DNA of 63,608 nucleotides, counting the filler, from Rhabdomonas costata (taxonomy: Eukaryota), in assembly GCA_019059605.1 (NCBI GenBank). It is 52 parts of 52 records of this genome, joined end to end, with 100 filler letters (N's around TTAATTAATTAA, not from the genome) between each part and the next. Parts side by side here need not be neighbours in the genome. Positions count along the whole stretch, not along the records: positions 52,688 to 53,811 come from JAHMHO010027373.1; positions 53,912 to 55,034 come from JAHMHO010027374.1; positions 55,135 to 56,259 come from JAHMHO010027375.1; positions 56,360 to 57,484 come from JAHMHO010027376.1; positions 57,585 to 58,709 come from JAHMHO010027377.1; positions 58,810 to 59,934 come from JAHMHO010027378.1; positions 60,035 to 61,159 come from JAHMHO010027379.1; positions 61,260 to 62,383 come from JAHMHO010027380.1; 44 more parts are not named here. One strand, written 5' to 3'. This document shows, in pieces, positions 52,588 through 63,608 of the stretch; positions within the stretch are counted from its first letter, which is position 1, and every line of letters starts with the position of its first letter. A program made the position numbers and the translations under genes. The notes beneath the pieces were generated by a model. The model was not told the DNA's origin and made no database searches. It was given only the letters and a program-made list of their open reading frames with translations.

Positions 52588-53510
52588 NNNNNNNNNNNNN
52601 NNNNNNNNNNNNNNNNNNNNNNNNNNNNNNNTTAATTAATTAANNNNNNNNNNNNNNNNNNNNNNNNNNNNNNNNNNNNNNNNNNNNGGTTTGTTGGGAA
52701 TATTATGAAGCCACTGTCCGCCAAGAAACTCGTGGAGACAGAGAGGGAGGACGATGAAGTTTTTAAAGTGAGAACTTTAAAAACCCAGTGACAAAAACAT
52801 GGTAAACGTTCATGCAACAAACGGGCGGGGTATAAAAAGGGTCATCTCAGCTCGTTTCTATTTTGGACCCCCCCCCCTTCGCAATTAAGTCCAAAATGCG
52901 CTCCTTAAATGGACAGTTCTCTCTTTTGAGGTACAGCAGAAAATAATATCAACCTACAAGCACAAAGCAAGGTGTGGAAAGACTGCGGCCTTTTCCGCAA
53001 GAAACTCAAAACCTCGCGCACATGCAGCAGTGTGTGCTTGAATGTATCACACCACGCTGATTTCACCCGGCACCAGTGTAGCCCTCACCCCAGACTCCTT
53101 GGCTGTCTCTCGCACTTTTGTCTGTGTGTACGCTTGTGAAACGGTGCTGCTTTAGACAGCGCAAAAACACCGCCACTCCCTTTGTTCGACGGAATTAAGG
53201 GTCCCGGGAGTGGACGACTACTCTTGGGCGATCTCGAGTCGAGAGCTGGCGAAGGGCATAACAAAACGCATTTGCCTTTCACTGGACTTACATGGCGCCG
53301 CGTGTGCCCGTCCATCTGGATTCTGCTTCTCCCACGACGTGGCGCTTACTTTTGGTCCCAGACGTGCTTCGGACACCAGACACACGTGCTCACATTTGCT
53401 TTTGTGCGTTCAAATAACAAGGTTGAAGTGGAGAAGTAGCGGAGAATAACAACCCCAGACAAACACCCGCAGAGCGCGAAGAAACACACACACACACACA
53501 CACAAGCAAC

Positions 53511-53603
53511 CGCTGTGTAGCGGACTTGGCCCTTCTCGCCCTTCGCCACGGCAAACACTTCCGCGGAGGGCCCATGCACCGCGAGATTCTCTGCCTCCAA
53601 AAC
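53511..53603 (-). CDS. Exon resembling a C2 domain N-terminus
   Basis: cag|VLEAENLAVHGPSAEVFAVAKGEKGQVRYTA|gt. Confidence 0.4.
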
Positions 53604-54224
53604 CTGTGGAGAACAGAGCGATGCACGACAACAGAAAAGGATATCGGCTGTCGATGTAATGTATCTGTTGCCCCGAAATACGAAATGGCTGGCATGCTTG
53701 CGACAACGCTACATCCGTTTATTTTCCGAGCTGCCCACAGGGTGAACTTTTCCTCCAGCCTCCTGCGAGGCGCTAGCCTGTCATAACTGTTACAACATAG
53801 CTACCAAAAACNNNNNNNNNNNNNNNNNNNNNNNNNNNNNNNNNNNNNNNNNNNNTTAATTAATTAANNNNNNNNNNNNNNNNNNNNNNNNNNNNNNNNN
53901 NNNNNNNNNNNCCTTCCCCTTCTCACGAAGCCACCAATCTGCGGCAGAGCGGTTTTGGGGGCAGTTTTGGCGAAGAACTGGGCAATACTTCAACATAGAA
54001 ACCCACTACGTTGTGGCCGAAAATCAATGCTGAAGATGGGGTCTGAATACGGGGGTGAACAAAAAATGCACACGTATAAAGCTGAGTCGGCAAAGGGTCT
54101 CGAAAGACGCACAGACGCACAGCCCACAATCCTCAATAACCTCAGGAAAGCCCAAAGTAACTGCCCCTCATCCCCCCATACCTGGGTGTCCCCCCACACA
54201 CGCACGTGCTAGAACCACACGCAC

Positions 54225-54491
54225 CGATTCCGACTGCGAACTCCTCCTCCACGGGGTAGATCACGTGGGTGCAGTCTGCGACGATGGTGTCATCCAGCCA
54301 CTGCCTCAGCACCTCTACCGTCTCTCCGTCCCACACGCTCACGCTCTGCAGGCCCCCGGTGGGAAGCAGCATCCTCAGCCTCAGATTGGCGGGCAGCGCC
54401 CCCTCAGTGTGCTTCTCCCGCAGCTGCAGGGCCACTAGGGGAACCCGGGCGGTCACCGCGGACACGGTGTGGATCGCGAGCAGCAGCATTT
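54225..54491 (-). CDS. Probable exon of an unidentified protein (boundaries approximate)
   Basis: cag|EMLLLAIHTVSAVTARVPLVALQLREK..LRQWLDDTIVADCTHVIYPVEEEFAVGI|gtgcgt; GC-rich. Confidence 0.55.
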
Positions 54492-56363
54492 CTGGATGGA
54501 CTAAGGAGTGGTTCGGAGTTGGGGGTGGAGTTAGGTCATGAGGTCCAGCCTCCGCACAGGGGACCCTTATTCTTCCAGTGGGTAATGAGCATCCCCCGGC
54601 TGGCGGCATACACTGGGATAAAGTGGTGTTTCCAACTTCCTTATCCTGAAAAGTCGTGGGGCCAGGCTCGACGGCAAATTCATAACCTACTCGGCAAGAT
54701 GCATGAAAGTGGGGGAAAACCTAACCTACTGCCTCCTGGTTCTTTAGGGAAGCTGATTTCGATACTTGAACATCTGCTTATCCGTATTCCGTGTGTGGGT
54801 CTGGCTCTGTGCGGAAGCCACACCCAAAACCCACGCTCCGCGGGTATAGTTAGGGTACAGTGCGTCGGGTGTGCACTTGCCGAGTGAAATTTCCACACTC
54901 GCTGTACGGAAAAGGAGAGAAAATACTGAACAGAGAGAAAGCCAAACACGACATCCGAAACACATTTCATCTTGAAATCTCAAATGGAAGCTCAAATGGA
55001 AGCGTACATGAGGAATACATACGAAACCACCCACNNNNNNNNNNNNNNNNNNNNNNNNNNNNNNNNNNNNNNNNNNNNTTAATTAATTAANNNNNNNNNN
55101 NNNNNNNNNNNNNNNNNNNNNNNNNNNNNNNNNNTTGCTGTATCCGTCTGAACTGCAAACATTGTAAACTTGCGCCCGCCTTTTTGGTTCGACTCTCCTT
55201 CAGTATAACCTCCATCCAGATTTCCATCAGAAGGATTCCATTGCGTGCTCGCTGGCAAGCAGGCATTCTCGAGTATTAAGTGGAATCGAGAGCAACATCA
55301 GCAAATGCCGCAGAGTGCCGCAGAGTTCAATGACAGTTCCATGGCAAAAGCGACCGCCCTGACCCGATTTTCTGGGGGCGGAGGTGCGTCATCTCGGGGG
55401 ATGTTATCTTGTGGGTGTCGTGAAGAAAGATAGGAGAGCGGTTGACCTGGAGAAAAGAAGCTCCCACTGCAGAGTGCAGTTGAAGGGCAGGAAGGGGCAC
55501 AGGGCCTGGAGGTGCTCCTACAGGAAAGAGGCAGGGGAGCTGTTCGAATTCAAGGAGACACTGCACGGACCTTTCTGGAGCGCTTGCTAATGACATTCAA
55601 TCGTAATTTAGTTTTCATGCAGTGGATGACTTTCCACACGCAAATTGTTTCAATTGTTTGCAAGTAGAGGCCGAAGAACACCAATTCGCTGAATATTTGG
55701 ACCATGGGACGCAAGACAGACAGAAAATAACGCAAACCGTAGTCTTGAACCAAGCATTGGAGGCACGAAAAGCCCATCCAAAAACAAACACCTTTTGCAG
55801 CAAAGCGGACTCCGCGGAAAGCTTGGGCCCCCCTGAAATACAGCGCACAATAATAACTACCACCACTCGTCGACGATTGAGAGGGCTAAGCCGAAGCAGG
55901 CCTGGGGTCTTTTGTATATACAGCAGGCCTCCCGAAACGCTGCGTGGCCGGTCCTTGGGGTCAGGTGAGTCCCCACCTTTCACCCTCGGCCGGTGACGGT
56001 GCCCCTTGGCGGCTCTTTCGTAACCCTTTTGCGCCGCTTCTTGCCCCACGCAGCGGAGGGTTTACGACAGCACCCACAACGTACTTTGCAACGAACCACC
56101 CACTCGTCGCAGAGCTCGACAATGCAGTTCCCGATTCCCAGCCAGCCAAAGATCACCCCCCACCCACCCCGAAGTTCGAAAGTTAGGAGAAAAACCCGTG
56201 GATGTCAAGCCCTATCCACCGTATGACAGAGAGCACCGGCAAAACTCATCAGTGGGCAANNNNNNNNNNNNNNNNNNNNNNNNNNNNNNNNNNNNNNNNN
56301 NNNTTAATTAATTAANNNNNNNNNNNNNNNNNNNNNNNNNNNNNNNNNNNNNNNNNNNNGGGG

Positions 56364-56616
56364 TTTTTGTTCTAGAGCGGCTCAGTTTTTCCGAATGCTG
56401 TTCTGAAATCGAAGCTCTGGTCAACCTCTTCCTTTCTTCCTCTTCGTCAGGGCCTGTCCAGGGACTACACTCAAAGTTCTGCACTGCTGAATGCACACAT
56501 GGGCTTCAACGGCAGAGGGAAGGGCAGTGAGAGTTGGAAGAGAAACGGGAGAAGGGAGAAAAACCAGCAGATGGGGGACATGCCTCCGGAAAAGCTGAGC
56601 CGCTCTAGAACAAAAA
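56364..56616. mobile_element. MITE-like foldback element with 30-bp terminal inverted repeats
   Basis: TTTTTGTTCTAGAGCGGCTCAGTTTTTCCG (56364-56393) versus the reverse complement of 56587-56616, one mismatch. Confidence 0.55.
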
Positions 56617-57826
56617 AGTTCCATTGTCTCCCTGAGTATTGTGCAGCAGTTCTCGGTAGGTTCAAGGCATCATTCAGTACCCCCGCTTTTTGAAGAATAA
56701 ATGGATGAATGAATGAATGCACCACCATATGCGAAAGCGGAAGTGGAAGATGGGAACTCGCGAGCGACTGCTCTAAAAATGTCAGCAGATCCAACGTCAG
56801 CTATGACAATCAAACGGATTCGCAGTAGCACCAGCAAAAAGGACAAAAGATGAAGAAAAAAAGGGAAACTGGAGAGAGAGGCGGAGGAGCGTATGCGCCA
56901 CCAAGCCCGCAGTGCGCAGCGGTCCAGTTGGGGATCTTACTCTTACACTCGCTGATCCGGTCCAAGGTTCTGAAGAAGGTCATCCCATCATAAGGAGAGA
57001 GAACCACAGAACACAACGACGCACAACTTTTCGGGCACCAGAAGAGAAGGAAAAAAAGCACGTCCACCTAATCTCATCATTGCACAACGCAAGGAAGAAA
57101 AAAGGCAGGCATCCGCGCGGTGAGGAAACGTACCACCAGGTCGTGGAGGACCTCTGGTTACAGGCAGGATCCAACGCAACAATCGGGTCAGGATAACTAA
57201 TCACCACGGCTTCGCTTTTAATTCAACTATCTAGTTTCGGATGCTTTCATTTTGGAATGATATGAGGCCTTTGCGTTTGCAAAACCTCCAAATCAGACCA
57301 ACTTTCACAAAATCCAACTTCATGGAAATGCCATCTATCAGGTGAAAAATGCTTTCGGAGTTAATGCTCAGCACCTTCCGCTGATTTCCGCTGTCAATTC
57401 TGAAGTGGTGGATAAGGTGAAAAGAGGGCACTGCCACAGGAAAAATCGCAACACCTTTGCACTGAGGAGGCAGGCTCTTTTCACNNNNNNNNNNNNNNNN
57501 NNNNNNNNNNNNNNNNNNNNNNNNNNNNTTAATTAATTAANNNNNNNNNNNNNNNNNNNNNNNNNNNNNNNNNNNNNNNNNNNNGGAATGAACGCTATAC
57601 GTCGCTCGAAAAAGAAAACACGAACAGCCAAGCAAACGGAGACGAGCAACTGTGACTCCTTGCACCCGCCCCACAACACCACCACTTCGCAAGATTCCGC
57701 ACAATAACCTTCAGCCCTGCTTGGCGCCGCAATTCCCAAAGTTTCAAAGACCCTTTTGCTTGCATGTGCTTTTGTGTATGCGTGTGTGTGTGCGCGCAGT
57801 TGGGTGTCAGTGCGCTGTTCCCACAG

Positions 57827-58449
57827 AGCGTTTCGGAGGCCCTGGGGCGGTGTGGGGAGGCCTTCCACACCGCGCACCGGGTCGTCCTGGCGCAGTTCCT
57901 GGGAGCCCTGCAGGACTGCGCGGAGGGGGAGCTGTTCCCCACTGCCTCAACCTCGGGACAGCAGGTGCCCACTTTTCTCTTCCCCTTTCTCCTTCCTCCC
58001 TCCTCCCTTCCTCCCTGCCTCCCCTGTCACTCGCTTACCACCTTTTTCGGGCCCCAAGCACCCCTGCACAACCACCGCAACTACTAAACCTTGTGCAACG
58101 GACTTTCTCCGAATCCTCGCGAAAGAGCAGCTGTCTGAACCCTTTTTTTGTTGTGTTGTCGGGTACAAGGGGGTTGAAGAGGGCACAAGGAGGGGCCTTT
58201 TTCTATCCCTGTGCTCTGTCTCCACCTCAGGAGCGCTGATAGTTGGCTAAGCGAGACCGACAATACCGCTACCAACCGTCAGTGTCGCATTCACTCCTGG
58301 ACATTTCTCACATTTGTCACAAATGCCTGCTCTGATGCCTCGAGAGGATCTATGGCGAGTACGCGGTGTTTCTTTTCAGGAATACGTTGCTTCGTTTTTG
58401 TGCAGGTTTTGGATGGCTTACGAGAGACCCTTATAGATTTGCATCCCCG
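57827..58449 (+). CDS. Two probable exons of an unidentified protein
   Basis: cag|SVSEALGRCGEAFHTAHRVVLAQFLGALQDCAEGELFP..QQ|gt and cag|VLDGLRETLIDLHPR|gt; compatible phase 0. Confidence 0.5.
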
Positions 58450-59481
58450 GTATCTCCCACTGGCACCAAATTGCAAGATACCGTTTGGGATTCAAAAGCA
58501 GAGGAGGCGGGAGTGCAGGGAGGAAGGGAAAGGTTTTGGGAGAAGGGAGGGATTGAAAGCGGTCGAGCAAACACGAAGACACAAAAAGCAGAGGCTTGCC
58601 TCCCAAGCTTGAGCATCCTGGCTCAGAATTTCTGAGCCCTACGGCAATCCGATAGGTCACCGGGGCATCTTCACGCCACAAAATGCCATCACATGGCGAC
58701 AAAAGGACANNNNNNNNNNNNNNNNNNNNNNNNNNNNNNNNNNNNNNNNNNNNTTAATTAATTAANNNNNNNNNNNNNNNNNNNNNNNNNNNNNNNNNNN
58801 NNNNNNNNNTGTTTGTGGGGTCAAGCTCTGTGTGCATTTTCGACTTTTCGCAGTGATCCAAAGCACTGTTTTGTGCGTTTGGAGGTGTTCTCTAGGAAAC
58901 TGAGCGGCCTAATTCTGGGAGCGGGGGCGGAGTGGTAAGGTTACCAGCGGTAACAGAAACTGCATAACAAAAATGTTGCTATGTAGTATGCATAGGTGAC
59001 TGGTGACAGCACCTGTGAGATATTAATTAATTTCAGTGAATGGGGCTAGGTAACCTGAGCAAGTGTTGTCTAGATGATTGGTTTGCACGTCAAAACCGAT
59101 GCGGGATGCAACGCTGGCCAAGGACTAGCCTGCGGCAGGGAAATGGGCGGGACAGCCATGGATTGGGTCGAAGCCCGTGCGGTCCGCCCCGCAGAGGTGG
59201 GCCACGGAGGCGAGTCTGCTGAAGGAGCGACCGGCTAGTGAGAATACGTAACCTATAGGGGCCTTTAACGGCTTTTTCATTGTATTGTTCAGTACACTCG
59301 AAGAGACGCCATTTAAGGAGAATGCTTAAAAGGGGGGTCAGAGGGATTTCGAAACAGGCAACCAGTGTGACACTTCATCACTTCAGGTCGTTACGGAGAG
59401 CATGACACCAAGCAATGCTCCTGCAGACTGCTTGCGGCATATGGAGTTCTGCAGTAGGGCTAGAGAGGGTAAGTGCAGGAC

Positions 59482-59590
59482 CTTTGGTGATGTCAATCAC
59501 AAGGATGATCAGGTCGATGATTTGCGCCCCGCCAATCACGGTGCGGATCAGCGACGCGTGGCCAGGGCAGTCCACCAGGGTGTACTGCAC
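59482..59590 (-). CDS. EEFSEC: Exon of the selenocysteine-specific elongation factor (eEFSec/SelB)
   Basis: QYTLVDCPGHASLIRTVIGGAQIIDLIILVIDITKG; DCPGHASLIRTxIGGAQIID is eEFSec-specific. Confidence 0.92.
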
Positions 59591-60034
59591 CTGTGCGCAT
59601 CCGTGCGTGTCCCCTCAAGGACTCCGTCTCACACCCCCGCGTACAAAGGCTACACTCTAACAAGACTTCGAGTACACACGTGAAAAAACGGACGAGAACA
59701 TCACAGCAAAATCGGACTTTCAGTCCAAAAGGGCAAAAAAAAGGATTACCTTGGGTGCAGCTGGCCTGTAGTCATTTAACGAAATTTGGAGTTTGAACAT
59801 GGTCAAGGAATTTACCAACAAACACCGCAAACCGAGCCAAAGGACCTGCCACATGAATATAGGCTGAAAGGACTTCGAAATGTTTGAATTGTCACATACT
59901 AAATTCTCAGTTTCCGGTTTTTAAAAAATAGAAANNNNNNNNNNNNNNNNNNNNNNNNNNNNNNNNNNNNNNNNNNNNTTAATTAATTAANNNNNNNNNN
60001 NNNNNNNNNNNNNNNNNNNNNNNNNNNNNNNNNN

Positions 60035-61159
60035 TGCTCTGCCGACGCAAACAAATCGATACAAGGAGTCACCAACAAATTGTAGCACATTGCTATGAAT
60101 ATCGTAGGTTCTAACTTCACTTCCTCTTCCGGCCCAAAATCTGGACGTATAGCATTTCCAGAAATGGAACGCAACATTACCTTTCCATACATATCCTCTT
60201 GGGAGTTCTCCTCAACCGTCTCATTCTGTGGAGAACCCTCAAAATGGACTCGCAGCGTGTCAAGCGATCCCTCGGGGGGCCCTTGTTCACCAACCTGTAC
60301 GGACCTTCTATCCGCATTTTCTTGCAACTCTCTGAAACGCTCCGTCATGCGTTCTCCCCAAGCTCTGGCTTCGTGGGAAACTTCCACCGTTTGCGGCTCC
60401 ACGTACGGTCTCTGTCCGTACTCTCCTTTCCGCAATTCTTCTATGGCATCGTCCTGCCATCCTGCTTCTGGCCCATCCGCACTTACGTTCTCCAAATCTG
60501 GCTCTGGACAACGATGGTACTGCTCCGGTTCTACCGCTACAACTTATTCACCTTCTGGAAGCTCTTCTTCATCAAACTCTTCATCTCCCGCTTCCAGATC
60601 GTATTCCTCTGGTCTGGGTGTAACCTCCAAACTCTCCGGAACTACTTCACCTTCCTCCTCGTCAGGACTCCACACCGGGTCAAGCCCTCGTACTTCCTCG
60701 ACATCTTCGAAATCCGGCCTTCTCAACGGAGTATGCTCTGTCGACTCTTCCTCTTCTACTGAACTTTCCGACAACCTCTGACTCACTCTTCTGGAATTTT
60801 CAGTCGGGCTCGCTAAACTTCTTTGTGGAATGACACTTCGGTCTGCGGGTGGGGCTGAACCATCGTCGACCCCATCCTCATCTGGTCATTCTTCCGCATC
60901 TTCATCGCCATCACCCTCATCCTCTGGTAACATTTCCACTGGGTCTAACACCCTTGTCTCGTACGGGATTAAATCAAACGAACACCGTATGCGCTTTCCC
61001 CCGCACTTCCTTAGGAATGTCTAACACAAATTTCGTATCTGTAATCTTCTTGATGATGGTAAACGGTCCCACAGCCTTTGGCATAAGCTTACCTGGTGGG
61101 TCTCCAAACCTCCATTGGTAATGCCTCCTATTACTGATCAAGACATCCTGACCCACACC
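60035..61159 (-). mobile_element. Degenerate Ty3/Gypsy-like pol fragment: integrase C-terminus, acidic linker, start of a Dam-like methyltransferase
   Basis: GQDVLIS..KLMPKAVGPFTIIKKI..FVLDIP..HTVF..LIPY (GPY/F module); one frameshift and two in-frame stops; ends EVKLEPTIFIAMCYNLLVTPCIDLFASAE. Confidence 0.75.
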
Positions 61160-61700
61160 NNNNNNNNNNNNNNNNNNNNNNNNNNNNNNNNNNNNNNNNN
61201 NNNTTAATTAATTAANNNNNNNNNNNNNNNNNNNNNNNNNNNNNNNNNNNNNNNNNNNNCGGGAGTTGGACAACTTTATTTTTGGAGAGGGCACTGCTAA
61301 ACGTTTAAATGGAATTGTCATTGCTGGATTTTGGCAGTCATATGGGACAATGGGGCGGATAAATTTTTGCGAAGTTTTATGGGGGTGATGCTCCGTTTAG
61401 CACTGCTAAACGTTTAACCCTCCCCCCCCCCGCGCTCCTCCAAAAAAGTTCTACAAGGGGACCGCGGAAGAGATGGGTGGAATTGGAAGCATCCAAGTCA
61501 AGCCACAAAAACTCCTGGAGAGATTAAGAAAGGAAGCTGAGTGCGATAAAGCGCAAGCATACAGCAGCAATGAGCAAGGGTTGTTGCCGAGCAATTGAAA
61601 CACAAGGACAATTGCTGGACAAACAATTTACATCCCCATTGAGGCAGAGAGGTGCCTGGGGGTAGCGGTCGGTGAGTGGGCAGGGAATATAAATGTATAC

Positions 61701-62383
61701 CTCCGGTGAGCAGGGCCTGCCCATCCGCGGTGGCGTCCAGGCACCACACCTCGCGGCGGCCATCTTCCTCGCTGTGCCCGCTGAAGCTGCCCAGGCAAAC
61801 CCCACCCTTTACCAGCCAAAGCTGTGACAGGGCACGAGCGTGCGGGTGGATGTGGGTGAGAGGGCTGTTGCGAAAGACAGGCAATGACCGCTGATACGGT
61901 CTACGGCATCCATTGTGGTGCTAAGGCTATTTTATTGTCTCCTCAATAAGGTAGTCTTGCTCAATTGCGCTTGTGTGTCGCGCGTGCCTGCGAGTCTTCA
62001 TTTGTGCCCCTGGGCAGCCCTTGCTCTCCATGCGAGGTGCAGCTTGTTCTGTTCGTCTCTCTCTTGCTCTGTCGTCACTGCAAAACATTGCAGTGAACGT
62101 GTTCGTGTTCTGGCACAGCCTTAATCTCGCGGTGTGCGCGAGTGGGAGGGAGAGGGTGTGCTTTCGCAAGCAGCTGAAGATAAAGAGAGAGAGAGGCCTT
62201 CAGCAGGCCGTGACTGTCTGTGGTGGCGAGCTGCATCCCGGAGTTCATGAACACCAAGCAGTTCACCCCAACGCCCTTCTCGGCGGAGGCGGAAATGGTG
62301 GCGAGGCATGAGTAGTCCCGGAGATTCCAGACTCGTACCGAGCCCTGCGCGCAGCTGCTGGCCAGCAGCTTGTCCACCAACAC
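61701..62383 (-). CDS. TBL3: WD40 protein UTP13/TBL3; two exons, 62383-62198 and 61821-61701
   Basis: VDKLLASSCAQGSVRVWNLRDYSCLAT..FMNSGMQLATTDSHGLLK|LWLVKGGVCLGSFSGH..VWCL matches TBL3 'VDQVLATAS..WALQDFSCLKT..GTQLLSSGSDGLVKLWTIK'. Confidence 0.8.
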
Positions 62384-62494
62384 NNNNNNNNNNNNNNNNN
62401 NNNNNNNNNNNNNNNNNNNNNNNNNNNTTAATTAATTAANNNNNNNNNNNNNNNNNNNNNNNNNNNNNNNNNNNNNNNNNNNNGGTTGGGGGTA

Positions 62495-62605
62495 AGTCAC
62501 AACCGAGAGAAGTGCACTGAATCAGGCATTTTCGGAGCTAAAAGGGGGTTGAGAAAAAAACTGGCTTTGACCTGCAGGTGTTTTTGCATCGTTTCGGCCT
62601 GTTCT
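62495..62605. repeat. Dispersed repeat, copy 2 (inverted relative to 18485-18595)
   Basis: Aligns by eye with the reverse complement of 18485-18595. Confidence 0.75.
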
Positions 62606-63608
62606 TTTTGTCTCTACGCGGGCCATGTATAAATTTCGGTGGTCTTTCCCGGGACCGTCCCAATACAAAAATGTAGAACTTCCGGTCACAGTAGAATTGG
62701 AGGGGGGGACCAACTGAAGCTGTGATAGCTATTATAGTCCTTGTTTTCAATGCATATCGCTGTAATGCCCATGGGGCTTCTCGTCCGATGTGACTCTCCC
62801 TTCCCAATGCGCCCATTGATCGTGATAGTCGGCATGTGCGGTGGCCTGCCCTCTCCCCTGCCCTTTCTCTCTCCTTTTCTCCCCACACCTCACTTCTCAG
62901 ATGTGTTCTCTACTTTTCTTCCTTGCCTTTATACCTGTCCTGTTCATAAGTAGGTGGTCTCGTGGCACCTGAGTTGCGCGAGCCCCCCAGGTAAGGACAG
63001 GAGTAGAGATGGGGTGTGGGGTCCTTTTGGCTCGCCCCGCCTCCTCGTGTGCGATTTTTGCAGGGCGCTGCTCTTTGTGTCCGTGTGTTCCGCGTGCGAC
63101 TCTGAGCTTTGCGTGTACTCAGTATTCTGTCGTTGGGAAGGGGGTTTTTGCTTGAAGTAGTCCTTTGCCTATCAGCTTACCATTTATCTATCGTTATGGG
63201 AGCTTGCTTCTGTGTGTTGTTCCTTTTTGTTTCTTGCAGCTGCTTCGCATCCTGCTTTCTTCTGTTGTGAGGTGAGTATGGGTGTCACGCTTTTCTATGC
63301 AATTCATCAATTAATTGGAATTCTCGTGTGCTTTCTGTACTCGGCGTTGGCGTACCACCCGTGGAGCATCTTGGCTTCGATCTTTCCTGGATGGGGACGC
63401 GGTTGAAACGTTTTGAACAAAGCAAAGGCGGTAGCTGAGTTGGAATGGAGGACAAAACACCGAGTACGACCATCCCATGTGAAACCTGCTCTCTTTGGTG
63501 TAAAATTGGAAACGGTTCCGGGTAACGGCGGCCCCAATGAGAAACTCATTACAAGCCCCAGCAGGTAACTTTTGAATCGCTCATTTCTCCATCCCCCCCC
63601 CACAACAC

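Noticed and set aside
59022..59031. ATTAATTAAT inside a contig
   Set aside because: Not flanked by N and shorter than the linker; a chance AT palindrome
60095..60781. Long Ser-rich plus-strand ORFs
   Set aside because: Antisense shadow of the Glu-rich retroelement linker

Overview
This window is not a contiguous locus. It holds 52 unrelated ~1.12 kb contigs joined by artificial 100-nt spacers (N44-TTAATTAATTAA-N44, stops in all six frames), so gene neighbourhood across spacers is meaningless and most ORFs in the supplied track are spurious. The DNA comes from an intron-rich eukaryote read with the standard code. It has short exons, GT-AG introns with very weak donor consensus, and at least one GC-AG intron. 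The gene content (Cache-type receptor, degenerate class III cyclases, histidine kinase) is compatible with a protist such as a euglenid; that assignment is inference. G/T-only contig starts and C/A-only ends suggest GenomePlex/PicoPLEX-type whole-genome amplification. Recognisable exon fragments include uridine phosphorylase, TrmO, TBCD, a SNF2 helicase, a DYRK kinase, a histidine kinase, an adenylate/UMP-CMP kinase, 14-3-3, the selenocysteine elongation factor, UTP13/TBL3, an RCC1-repeat protein and a HydF/MnmE-like GTPase. The most unusual items are a Gypsy-type integrase C-terminus followed by a DIRS-like adenine methyltransferase start, a 998-bp circular or tandem unit, and three MITE-like foldback elements. 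All homology calls are from motif recognition by eye; no searches were run.
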